From Oceanispirochaeta sp. (GTDB taxonomy: Bacteria; Spirochaetota; Spirochaetia; DSM-2461): a stretch of DNA of 64,000 nucleotides. The notes below the pieces were generated by a model. That model worked only from the letters and a program-made list of their open reading frames with translations. It was not told where the DNA came from and did no database searches. Numbering within the stretch: position 1 is the first letter of the stretch; every line of letters begins with the position of its first letter. A program made the translations under genes and the position numbers. Below, piece after piece: positions 1-8,383 of this stretch. The stretch spans positions 2,336,001 to 2,400,000 of the forward strand of contig CAXXOA010000001.1 in NCBI GenBank assembly GCA_963666275.2, written 5' to 3'.

Positions 1-2323
1 AGATACCATTGGTTGTCTGGGTAAGATCATTTGTTCCGAAACTGAAGAAATCCGCATATCGGGCGATCTTATCTGCCTGCAGGGCAGCACCGGGCAGTTC
101 AATCATGGTTCCCACGCGATAGGGAATCGGTTCGGAAACGTCAAACTTCTGCCTTACAGCCAGTTCCACATCCCGGATTCCCAGAATCTCCGTTCCTTCG
201 ATCCTTTTACCGAAGCGCATAGATTTCACTTCCCGTTCGGACATGACTACAGGGAGCATTATCTCGGGCGAGGTGACAATACCGTCTTCTTTCAGAAGCT
301 TGTAGGCCGCTTCAAAAATAGACCGTACCTGCATGGCATAGATCTCGGGAGTGGAAATACCGACCCTGATACCTCTATGCCCCAGCATGGGATTCACTTC
401 TCCCATCATATCACAGCGCAGACGGATATCCGCATCACTCACATCGGGATGATCCTTTTTATAGAACTCTATAAAATCATTCATACTGTCCCTGGTATGA
501 GGCAGAAACTCATGAAGAGGAGCATCAAGGAGACGGATTGTCACCGGATGGCCTTCCATAATTTTAAAGAGATTATAGAAGTCGGAAGTCTGCATGGCTC
601 CCAGTTTCTCAAGGATCTTAAAACGGTCCTCTTTCTCTTCCGCAATGATCATAGAACGGAAAAGCGGGATCCTCTCTTCATCGAAGAACATATGCTCAGT
701 CCGGCACAGACCTATCCCATCAGCTTTGAACAATTTGGCAAGCTGAGCGTCTTTCGGCTGATCCGCATTGGCATGAACATCAAAATCCCCGATGAACTTC
801 TGAATGATTTCCAGAAACTCAAGAATACCGCTCTCTTCAATGACAGGTTTGATAAGTTTGACCTGATCAAAATAGATTGTCGGTTTATCATAGGAGGGAA
901 CATCAAGACTGATATAGTCTCCCTCTTTGATCACATGATCCCCTACCTTCACGGAGGATTTAAGGAATTTGATATCCGGGTTGACCATGGCGACCTTTCC
1001 CAGACTTCTGGCGACAACCGGTGCATGGGAAGCATAGCCCCCATCCATGGTCAGTACACCCTGGGAGACCTCAATGGCTTTGACATCTTCCGCATAGGTG
1101 GAGGGCATACAGAGGATAAAATTGGAATCCAGTCCCCTCTGTGTTGCTATACGATGCTCCTGCATCAGTTTTTCAGTAGAAAAATAGACTTTTCCCACAG
1201 CGGCGCCAACAGATCCGGAAATTCCCCCGTAATAGGAAGGCATCTTCTCTGCAGAAGCCTTATCAATCACAGGATGGAGTATTTCCGCCAGTCTTCCCGG
1301 CTGAATGGCGTTCACCACATATTCATCACTGACAACTTTTTTCTGATTCAGATCCAGAAGAGTCCTTATATGGGCCTGGGTGGATTTATTGTCCGCCGCA
1401 TTCTGGTCAATAACCCAGAGTCGTCCGTCTTCTACGGTGAATTTGATGGACCGGATCTCTTTATAGTGGGTTTCAAGCTGATTGGCTATGGATCTCAGTT
1501 CTTCAAAATACTCATTTTTTATTTCAGTGACGGGATTTCCCTCGGACTGGGTTGCATCGAAAGAGTTGATAAAAAACTTTCCGGAAATGACATTTTCCCC
1601 GTCAACAATATTGCGGGTATAGTAACTTCCGAAAAAACTCTCTTTTCCGTAATTTCCAAAGGTCATTGCCTGAATCAGAAGAGCTGAATCATTCAGGGTT
1701 TCGCTTTCTTTGAGGTACCTTGTATAGAGAGACTGGACGTAACTCAGCTGCGCCCAGGCATCGGAAAAGATTTCCTGAGGGTATACCCCTTCTACTTCGA
1801 CAAGTACATCTTTGGTCTTTTTTGCGGTTTTACACTTTTCCAGAGAATCCGCAAGCTTCTGAAGGACCTTCCTTCTGTTCCCATCCGATTCAATCTCCAG
1901 GTCAAGAGTAATGATTCTCCGAAGCATATTCCTGTATTCGTGGTAGGCAAATTCCTCACCGACGAATTTGGCAAAACCATCTATGGTATTTTTGCAAAGT
2001 CCAATGTTATGAAGACTTGAAAAGGTATCAATCAAATTCAGCTGAGGACTGAGGACACATTTGACAAGAAGAGGATTTTCGCTGTCTCCGTACTGTTTTT
2101 CCACCACATTTCCCATGGACTCGATAGATTCATGGATTTTGCTGCTGAAAGAACCGGGATCTGCCAGTTCAGCCAGTAGAGAGTCGTTGGAAAGGACGTA
2201 TCCCGGTAGAATGGGAATACCCAGTCCTGCAAGATGCATCAGCCTCCGGCCTCTGTATCCCAGCACATCGAGAACATCTTTATCTTCGGTATAAGCTGTA
2301 CTGCTGAATGAATAAATATCCAT
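1..2323 (-). CDS. PPDK-family PEP-utilising protein with degenerate N-terminal ATP-grasp domain (C-terminus runs off the window start)
   Basis: Not in the ORF track; translated by hand from ATG 2323 (AAGGA upstream). Contains GGYASHAPVVAR (His433), GIGLCRTEHMFF, TIRLLDAPLHEF, NPMLGHRG, GTMIELP, FSFGTNDLTQ. Confidence 0.9.
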   Translation of the reverse strand, partial: MDIYSFSSTAYTEDKDVLDVLGYRGRRLMHLAGLGIPILPGYVLSNDSLLAELADPGSFSSKIHESIESMGNVVEKQYGDSENPLLVKCVLSPQLNLIDTFSSLHNIGLCKNTIDGFAKFVGEEFAYHEYRNMLRRIITLDLEIESDGNRRKVLQKLADSLEKCKTAKKTKDVLVEVEGVYPQEIFSDAWAQLSYVQSLYTRYLKESETLNDSALLIQAMTFGNYGKESFFGSYYTRNIVDGENVISGKFFINSFDATQSEGNPVTEIKNEYFEELRSIANQLETHYKEIRSIKFTVEDGRLWVIDQNAADNKSTQAHIRTLLDLNQKKVVSDEYVVNAIQPGRLAEILHPVIDKASAEKMPSYYGGISGSVGAAVGKVYFSTEKLMQEHRIATQRGLDSNFILCMPSTYAEDVKAIEVSQGVLTMDGGYASHAPVVARSLGKVAMVNPDIKFLKSSVKVGDHVIKEGDYISLDVPSYDKPTIYFDQVKLIKPVIEESGILEFLEIIQKFIGDFDVHANADQPKDAQLAKLFKADGIGLCRTEHMFFDEERIPLFRSMIIAEEKEDRFKILEKLGAMQTSDFYNLFKIMEGHPVTIRLLDAPLHEFLPHTRDSMNDFIEFYKKDHPDVSDADIRLRCDMMGEVNPMLGHRGIRVGISTPEIYAMQVRSIFEAAYKLLKEDGIVTSPEIMLPVVMSEREVKSMRFGKRIEGTEILGIRDVELAVRQKFDVSEPIPYRVGTMIELPGAALQADKIARYADFFSFGTNDLTQTTNGI

Positions 2324-2354
2324 ATAGATTAATCCTTTTTAAAGAACTGAGCAC

Positions 2355-3305
2355 CTAGAACAGATCAAGAACGCTGTTCACTGCTCCTCTTAAAAATACT
2401 TCAAACCGGGGACTGGCCCCTTCAAAAAGGTACTTTCTCAATTTGGAAACATCTTTGATATCATCACCGGCAACACTGAACATAATGGGATTTCCGTGTT
2501 TTACCTTTCCCCATTTGAAAAGGGCATTGATATCATTGATTCTCTCTCCATCGTACCATATCAGAACATCCAGTCCGGGATGCTTGTTTTTATAACTTTC
2601 AATAATTTTTTTCCAGGCTTCCACATTTCCATTGTGGAACAGCTCATTGGTAACCAGAACCGCATATTTGGTAGACACTTTTCGTGATCCTCCGGCAGCA
2701 GGACTAGCAGGAGCAGCCGTTGTTTCGGGTTCGGGAGAGGCTGCAGGCTGAGCAGTTTCTTCAGGTTTCACATCAGGATCAACATAGGCTTTTTTAGTCC
2801 TGATCTTCTTTCCTTCCAGCAGGGAAAATATGTCATTGCAGGCCGAATTCTCAGTTTCCTGATCATCCTCTCTGGCGCTTTTTACAAAACATACCATCAG
2901 TTCATCCTGATAGAGGGGAAGAAGGGCATCCCATTGCTCGCTCTTTGTCGGATTGAGAACAGAAAGATCGCCGTTGGAATCATAAAAAGCAAGAACAATA
3001 TCGAGGAGTGTCCATTCTGAAACAGTTTCAACAAGCTTCTCAACAGACTCTATAGACTTGGTAAGATTCACCGAACGGCAGGTATATCCGAACTTATCGA
3101 CAAGTAAAAGATTGAGTACAGGCCTCAGCTGCTGAGGAGAGATTTCTCTCTCCTCAATAGCTTCAGTCAGTACATCAGCCAGATTAACCCCGTCCTCCAC
3201 ATCACCTGAGAAGGACAGAGCTTTTTTAAAATGCCCCAGAGCAAGGTTAAAACCTGCTCTGGTGGATAACAAATTGAATTTATTATCACTGATGTTTTGA
3301 GTCAT
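2355..3305 (-). CDS. Conserved spirochaete hypothetical protein with a C-terminal HPr-like domain after a Pro/Ala linker
   Basis: 316 aa ORF starting 1 nt after the cfpA stop; residues ~210-300 resemble the HPr pattern (VTNELFH...DVLIWYDGERIN...VKHGNPIMFSVAGDD). Confidence 0.75.
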   Translation of the reverse strand: MTQNISDNKFNLLSTRAGFNLALGHFKKALSFSGDVEDGVNLADVLTEAIEEREISPQQLRPVLNLLLVDKFGYTCRSVNLTKSIESVEKLVETVSEWTLLDIVLAFYDSNGDLSVLNPTKSEQWDALLPLYQDELMVCFVKSAREDDQETENSACNDIFSLLEGKKIRTKKAYVDPDVKPEETAQPAASPEPETTAAPASPAAGGSRKVSTKYAVLVTNELFHNGNVEAWKKIIESYKNKHPGLDVLIWYDGERINDINALFKWGKVKHGNPIMFSVAGDDIKDVSKLRKYLFEGASPRFEVFLRGAVNSVLDLF

Positions 3306-3306
3306 A

Positions 3307-5262
3307 TCAGATCTCGCTTAATTCATCCAGATTGACTTTCTTCCTTTTGGAAGGAGTTACGTCAGCTTGCCCCTTAGGTGCATCATTTTTGCTTTTGATG
3401 GCGGCAGCATACTCAGAAGAGGAAGCTTCAGCCATTGGCTCAGCAGCAAAGCTCTGGTTAATATCCTCACGAACAGTGGACCGTCTCCGTTTGAAGGAAG
3501 CGAATGCCGCATCCTGGAATCCTTTGGAAACACCATTGAGGAACTCATTCATGACGTTAGCCATGCTGTTCAGTGTGAATTTTTTCCGTTTGATACTGCA
3601 GATATCCATATCCAGAACCAGACCGGGCTGAACATGGTAGGGGTTGATCATATAATCAAACTCATTGAACTGGGATTCCAGGAAGTCGATTCTCTGATCC
3701 ATAACCACTCTGGTTTTGGGATTTTCATAACCGAAAGTTGTAGAAACTTTTTCCCTTGTCCGACGCAGCATTTTCAGCATCAGTTCTTTTTCATACAGAT
3801 AGGTCTGATTGAGACGTTCAACATCGGTGTCTTCCACTCTCAGTTTCATGATCTCATTCCAGTTTTTCTCCTGTTCTTCATAGATAGGATCACCGGAAAC
3901 TTCCTTGATCTGTTTTTTGATCTGGGGAGCAACTTTTTTGGCCAGGTCATCAAAGTCATTGATTCCTCTGGCTTTTTTGCCCTGGTAGACAACTTCTGCT
4001 ACATCCCAGATGTGAAGAACTTCCCTATGGAATTCATCCATCTGATCATCATAGTTCTTTCTCAGTTTTTCCAACTGATCATTATCATAGAACTTCAGCA
4101 TGATTTTGTAGCGTTCATCAGGCAGGTTGAGAGGATCTGTATCTTCGTACTCCCTGACAATCAGCTCACGGGCATTTTTAAGGTTTTCAATATACTGATA
4201 TCCCATTTTACTGGTATCCAGAATTGAAGTCAGATTGTTGACTGCAGTATTGAAACCTCTGTTTCTGATGTTTTCATTGTCAATAATCTTTTTGATATTC
4301 TCACGGATATTCTGGGGATCGAATTCATCCTTTGAAATTTCCGCTCTCAGACCTTCGATTTTTTCTACCAGATTTTTTGCCATGAAAGCATATCTTCTGG
4401 AGTTTTCATCTTCTTTCTCGTCATCGGTAAAGTCGGGAACTTTTTTGATCCGTTCGAACATCAGTTCGGTATCGGTTAGTTCTTCTTTTCCTTCATCAAC
4501 AAGCTGATCCTGAAGGACTTCAATTTCCTTATCAATCATGTCCATAACTGTTTTGGAAATCTGATCTTTGATGATGTACTCAACAGAAGCCTGATACTGG
4601 AAGATCGGGCTTATAAGTTCAGATTCCAGGATATTTATGGAAAGTTTAACATCAGTTACAGTTTTGGGCTTGTAGGCATTGTCTTTGAATGCACACTTGA
4701 TGATGGAGTAGGCATTTTCACCACGTATAAATGCACCAACATCAGTTTTCTGACGCAGCAGAGCATTTGTCTCATTTTCAAGGTCATTCAAACCACGCTG
4801 TACATGTCCCTGCAGATGTCCGTACATATTAACGATGGATTTTTCAATCTCACCTGTATTGAACTTGTCTGCACCACCGATCTGATCGAGCATTTCCGCA
4901 ATTTCTTTCGGGGTATACCGGGCAAGGGATTTCTGTTCTTCCTTGTCGATGAAACCACGAATTTTTTTAACCATTTCATCTTCAGTGGTAACAACGTACC
5001 TGTTGAACATGTTCTGGTAGTTCTGGTTGTAGTAATTGTAGAGCTTCTGTTTCAGACCACCCATAACGTCGAGCTGTTTAAGCACTTCAGGGGGCAGTTT
5101 TGTCTGCAGCTCATTTAGAATCTTATCTGATTCTTCCTGTACTACACGTTCGAATTCTTCATTCTGAGAACGTCCTTCCTGAGCAAGACTGTTTCTTGAA
5201 CCGACTGCTGAAGGTTTAGTTGGATGAAATACATTAGGACTTCTGGGAAGATCGCCAGCCAT
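3307..5262 (-). CDS. cfpA: Cytoplasmic filament protein A
   Basis: 651 aa, coiled-coil rich; N-terminus [25 protein letters not shown] matches the treponemal CfpA N-terminus as I recall it; GAGGAG RBS. Confidence 0.9.
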   Translation of the reverse strand: MAGDLPRSPNVFHPTKPSAVGSRNSLAQEGRSQNEEFERVVQEESDKILNELQTKLPPEVLKQLDVMGGLKQKLYNYYNQNYQNMFNRYVVTTEDEMVKKIRGFIDKEEQKSLARYTPKEIAEMLDQIGGADKFNTGEIEKSIVNMYGHLQGHVQRGLNDLENETNALLRQKTDVGAFIRGENAYSIIKCAFKDNAYKPKTVTDVKLSINILESELISPIFQYQASVEYIIKDQISKTVMDMIDKEIEVLQDQLVDEGKEELTDTELMFERIKKVPDFTDDEKEDENSRRYAFMAKNLVEKIEGLRAEISKDEFDPQNIRENIKKIIDNENIRNRGFNTAVNNLTSILDTSKMGYQYIENLKNARELIVREYEDTDPLNLPDERYKIMLKFYDNDQLEKLRKNYDDQMDEFHREVLHIWDVAEVVYQGKKARGINDFDDLAKKVAPQIKKQIKEVSGDPIYEEQEKNWNEIMKLRVEDTDVERLNQTYLYEKELMLKMLRRTREKVSTTFGYENPKTRVVMDQRIDFLESQFNEFDYMINPYHVQPGLVLDMDICSIKRKKFTLNSMANVMNEFLNGVSKGFQDAAFASFKRRRSTVREDINQSFAAEPMAEASSSEYAAAIKSKNDAPKGQADVTPSKRKKVNLDELSEI

Positions 5263-5328
5263 ATTACTCTCCTCTAATAAATATTATTTTGTATAAATCA
5301 CAAAAATTTAGCTATAAGGTTATTATAG

Positions 5329-5356
5329 ATTATAGTACATCGTTTCTCTTTTCCAA
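5329..5356 (-). promoter_or_regulatory. Putative sigma70 promoter of the cfpA operon
   Basis: TTGGAA-16 nt-TATAAT on the minus strand in an AT-rich intergenic region; a second TATAAT lies at 5322-5327. Confidence 0.5.
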
Positions 5357-5452
5357 ATACATTTTTCTTTTTTCCCTCTGATTCTAAAAGAAAAACCTGA
5401 TTTTTTTTCCTACCCTATAAAAAATCATACGTTTTTTCAAGCAATTCCAGGA

Positions 5453-8299
5453 TCAATCGATCAGGGAAAGGATCTTTCTCCGCAGCTGTTCACTCATGGA
5501 ACCTTCGGCGAGGGTTTCCATTCGGCCGGAAACGGAGCTCTTTTCTGCAGGAGTGACTGCCCTGTCCAGTTCTCTTTTCAGTTCCTCCAGTGTCTCCAGC
5601 CTCTGTTCCATATCTCGTCTTATCAGACGGGAGGCTATGAACCAGATAGTATCCCCCCGGACAACTTCATATTCACTTCCGTCGGGAAGTTCAAGAAGAT
5701 TCCCGGCCCAGATCCAGTCAGGGTTCTTCCCTTCGAAGACCCTGTAATCCAGATCCCGATAGCCGTTGCGCACCGCAATGTCATTGGAAACAAGATGGAT
5801 ATCCACAAGGGTTATCTGCAGATCATCCATTTTCAGATAGGCCCGGGCCTCCTCTACTGTAACAGGACGCCGTTCGGTTTCAACCACTGGAGGAAGAGAT
5901 GCGGGCTCCTCGGAAGCACTCTCTTCAGATGCGCTCATACTGGTACCGGAGTCACTCTCACCAGGAGCCCCTTCGGTTTCAGACTGAACAGGAAAAGCTG
6001 CGCTTTGATCTTCTGAGGCTTCATTCGCATCAGCCGTTTCAACTCGGGAATCTCCGGAAACCTCGCCGTCGTTCTGACTGACGGCAGCTGAAACACCACC
6101 GTCTTCTCCCGCCATTCCGGGTGTGACCTCCCCGGAACTTCCGGTGCCGTCAATGGCTCCGGATTCACTGACTGTTTCGGCCCCGGAGGCCTTAGTCCCG
6201 GTAGATTCAGCTTCCATCTGCCGGGAGGAATTTCCTTCACTTCCTGACGATTCTGCGGCTCCGTTTTCCTTATCTGACTGGTCTGAATCTGTATTTTCTC
6301 CGGCCGAACCGGCCCCTGAGGATTGAGCAGAACTGTTTTCACCTGAAGATGCCACAGCAGGATTTTCCTGCCGGCCAGCTGCCATGGCTCTTTCACCTTC
6401 AGAATTCGTTATTCTGAAGAAAGCAAAAGTACCGCTTCCCAGCAGGAGGAGGACAAGGAGAATTGCCAGGGGAAGGAGAGATCTCCGTTTTTTTGCCGGA
6501 GCTTTTCTTCCACCGCTTCCCAGAGAGCCTGATTTCCCCAAAGGTCCTGATGAGGAGGGAGAGGACAGGGAGCCCTTCCCTGAAGGAGGAGTCGTCTTAT
6601 TCACCGCTCCCTGATTTGCTGCAGCTGATGCAGCCGTTTTTACCGGTTCGGATTGTCTTTCCGGGCGCCGGGAGTCTGATAGGGAAGCTGCCGCTGAAAG
6701 GGAACTTCCTGTCAGTGAATTGAGCAGACTTTCCAGACGGGCTCTTTCACTCTGATAGAATTTCAGGTCGGGCATCTCAAGATCAGACATACCCTCGGAA
6801 ATTTCTTCCGCCTTTCTCAGATTATAGGGGTTCAGCTTGTGAGTAGATATCCGGTAGAGAACAAAAGGATCTCTGTAACCATGATAAAGGTCTCCCAGAA
6901 CCGGGAGGTAGACGGAGGGAAAATCCCAGGAGGACAGGATTTCCACAAGGGATTCCACGGCACTGCTGTAATCCCCTTTTGCCAATTTCAGAAGCTCCAC
7001 CGCATTGCTGAGGAACAGGTATTCCAGCCCCGGAGTGGATGGTTTGAGGCGGGAAAAAGCTGAGAGGTCAATCTCAGCATCGCTGCCGCTGAGGGCCATC
7101 TCTATTTTTGTTTCCAGAGCGTAGAATGGCTCCCATCGGTCCCGGCTGTCCCAGGCTTCAAGATAGGAGTGCAGAAAACCCAGATACTTGGATGCCATAC
7201 CGACAAGGTCCGGGAGCTTTTTTTCAAGAAGGAGCGGGTATCCCCTGAGAGGAGTAATTTCAATATCCTCCCCTTCTTTGCTCCGCCATACAAGAGTTGT
7301 TCTGTCGGAACTGACATGCCATCCGGATTTTCGGGAAACCTGGGGATCAGATGATCCGAAAGGAATGAAGAGCGCATTGTCCTCACCGAACTGAACCTTG
7401 AGGATCTCCCCTTCAATGGAGGATTTCATATTTCCCTGGGTCCAGTCGGAACCGGACTTCAGAAGCACAGGTTTTACAGGAGAGGAATTTCCAGAACCTC
7501 CATCGGGAAAAAGTCTGACAAGGTGGTCCGGAATTTCCGGGCTGGTTGTCAGAATGGTCAGATCCTTTTTCCGCAAAGCCCTTCTTTTTATATGCTGTAC
7601 AAGGGATTCCCGATGATCATAGCTCATCTGTTCCTGAGGAAGATGGGTAAATACAGAACAGACTTCATCGGGGTCTATCCCCAGAGACGCCAGTTCGGCA
7701 AAAAAATGATTTTCAAGATCCAGAGCCATCCACTCTTTATTGTAAAGATAGAATTTCCCCTTGCCGCTGACAAAAAATCCCGGCTTGTTCAGTTCTTCCC
7801 GGGAGTAGCGCAGAGGGTTATTAACAAGGAGTTTTTTGATTTCATCGCATCGCTGCAGACAGTGTCTGTCCGCGACTTCCCGCTTCTGAAGATCAAAAAG
7901 GAGGTTACCGTCAAAATTGAGATGGATATTCCCGTTGTTGTAAAAATACAGTGTATGCCTGTTACCGCCATCTTTGACCTGTCTGTAATCGGTCAGATCC
8001 CGGGCCGGAAGATTGAGGCTTTGAAAGAATTTGCGGAAATGTTCAATAACGTCCACATCCCCCAGGTAGGATAGTTTGTGACGCCTGGCATATTCGACTT
8101 CCTGGAATGGATTCCCTGTAAAACTGGAAGTTATTATGATGCGTGAGGTAATTTTATGAAGAGCTTCCGGAATATCCGGAATGTTTCCGATTCTCAGGAA
8201 GGGATTTTCATCATCCCGATCGCTGCCGAGATAGATAACATAACACTCCTGGCCCAGTTGAAAAACTCTCTGACTGATATCTCTGCTGCCTGGAATCAT
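5453..8299 (-). CDS. Large bitopic membrane protein: cytoplasmic N-domain, one TM helix, acidic S/G/E low-complexity linker, C-terminal LysM-like motif
   Basis: 948 aa; KKRR followed by LLPLAILLVLLLLGSGTFAFF; C-terminal NPDWIWAGNLLELP and YEVVRGDTIWFIA. Confidence 0.75.
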   Translation of the reverse strand: MIPGSRDISQRVFQLGQECYVIYLGSDRDDENPFLRIGNIPDIPEALHKITSRIIITSSFTGNPFQEVEYARRHKLSYLGDVDVIEHFRKFFQSLNLPARDLTDYRQVKDGGNRHTLYFYNNGNIHLNFDGNLLFDLQKREVADRHCLQRCDEIKKLLVNNPLRYSREELNKPGFFVSGKGKFYLYNKEWMALDLENHFFAELASLGIDPDEVCSVFTHLPQEQMSYDHRESLVQHIKRRALRKKDLTILTTSPEIPDHLVRLFPDGGSGNSSPVKPVLLKSGSDWTQGNMKSSIEGEILKVQFGEDNALFIPFGSSDPQVSRKSGWHVSSDRTTLVWRSKEGEDIEITPLRGYPLLLEKKLPDLVGMASKYLGFLHSYLEAWDSRDRWEPFYALETKIEMALSGSDAEIDLSAFSRLKPSTPGLEYLFLSNAVELLKLAKGDYSSAVESLVEILSSWDFPSVYLPVLGDLYHGYRDPFVLYRISTHKLNPYNLRKAEEISEGMSDLEMPDLKFYQSERARLESLLNSLTGSSLSAAASLSDSRRPERQSEPVKTAASAAANQGAVNKTTPPSGKGSLSSPSSSGPLGKSGSLGSGGRKAPAKKRRSLLPLAILLVLLLLGSGTFAFFRITNSEGERAMAAGRQENPAVASSGENSSAQSSGAGSAGENTDSDQSDKENGAAESSGSEGNSSRQMEAESTGTKASGAETVSESGAIDGTGSSGEVTPGMAGEDGGVSAAVSQNDGEVSGDSRVETADANEASEDQSAAFPVQSETEGAPGESDSGTSMSASEESASEEPASLPPVVETERRPVTVEEARAYLKMDDLQITLVDIHLVSNDIAVRNGYRDLDYRVFEGKNPDWIWAGNLLELPDGSEYEVVRGDTIWFIASRLIRRDMEQRLETLEELKRELDRAVTPAEKSSVSGRMETLAEGSMSEQLRRKILSLID

Positions 8300-8383
8300 A
8301 AGGACCTCCTACCTTATATCATACAACATAATGAAGCAGAATTATTATTTAGTATACAAGTTTTTTCTATTTGCAAGTTTTTC

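Noticed and set aside
377..1687. 436-aa plus-strand ORF, and many similar long antisense ORFs (e.g. 3367-4227, 8156-9226, 11974-12888, 16893-17867, 26884-27867)
   Set aside because: These are shadows opposite well-supported genes and have no motifs; codon bias explains them.
1..2323. Plain ppdK call, or pseudogene call
   Set aside because: The nucleotide-site residues are lost, so a plain ppdK call is unsafe. The frame is open and the His and PEP sites are conserved, so it is not a pseudogene.
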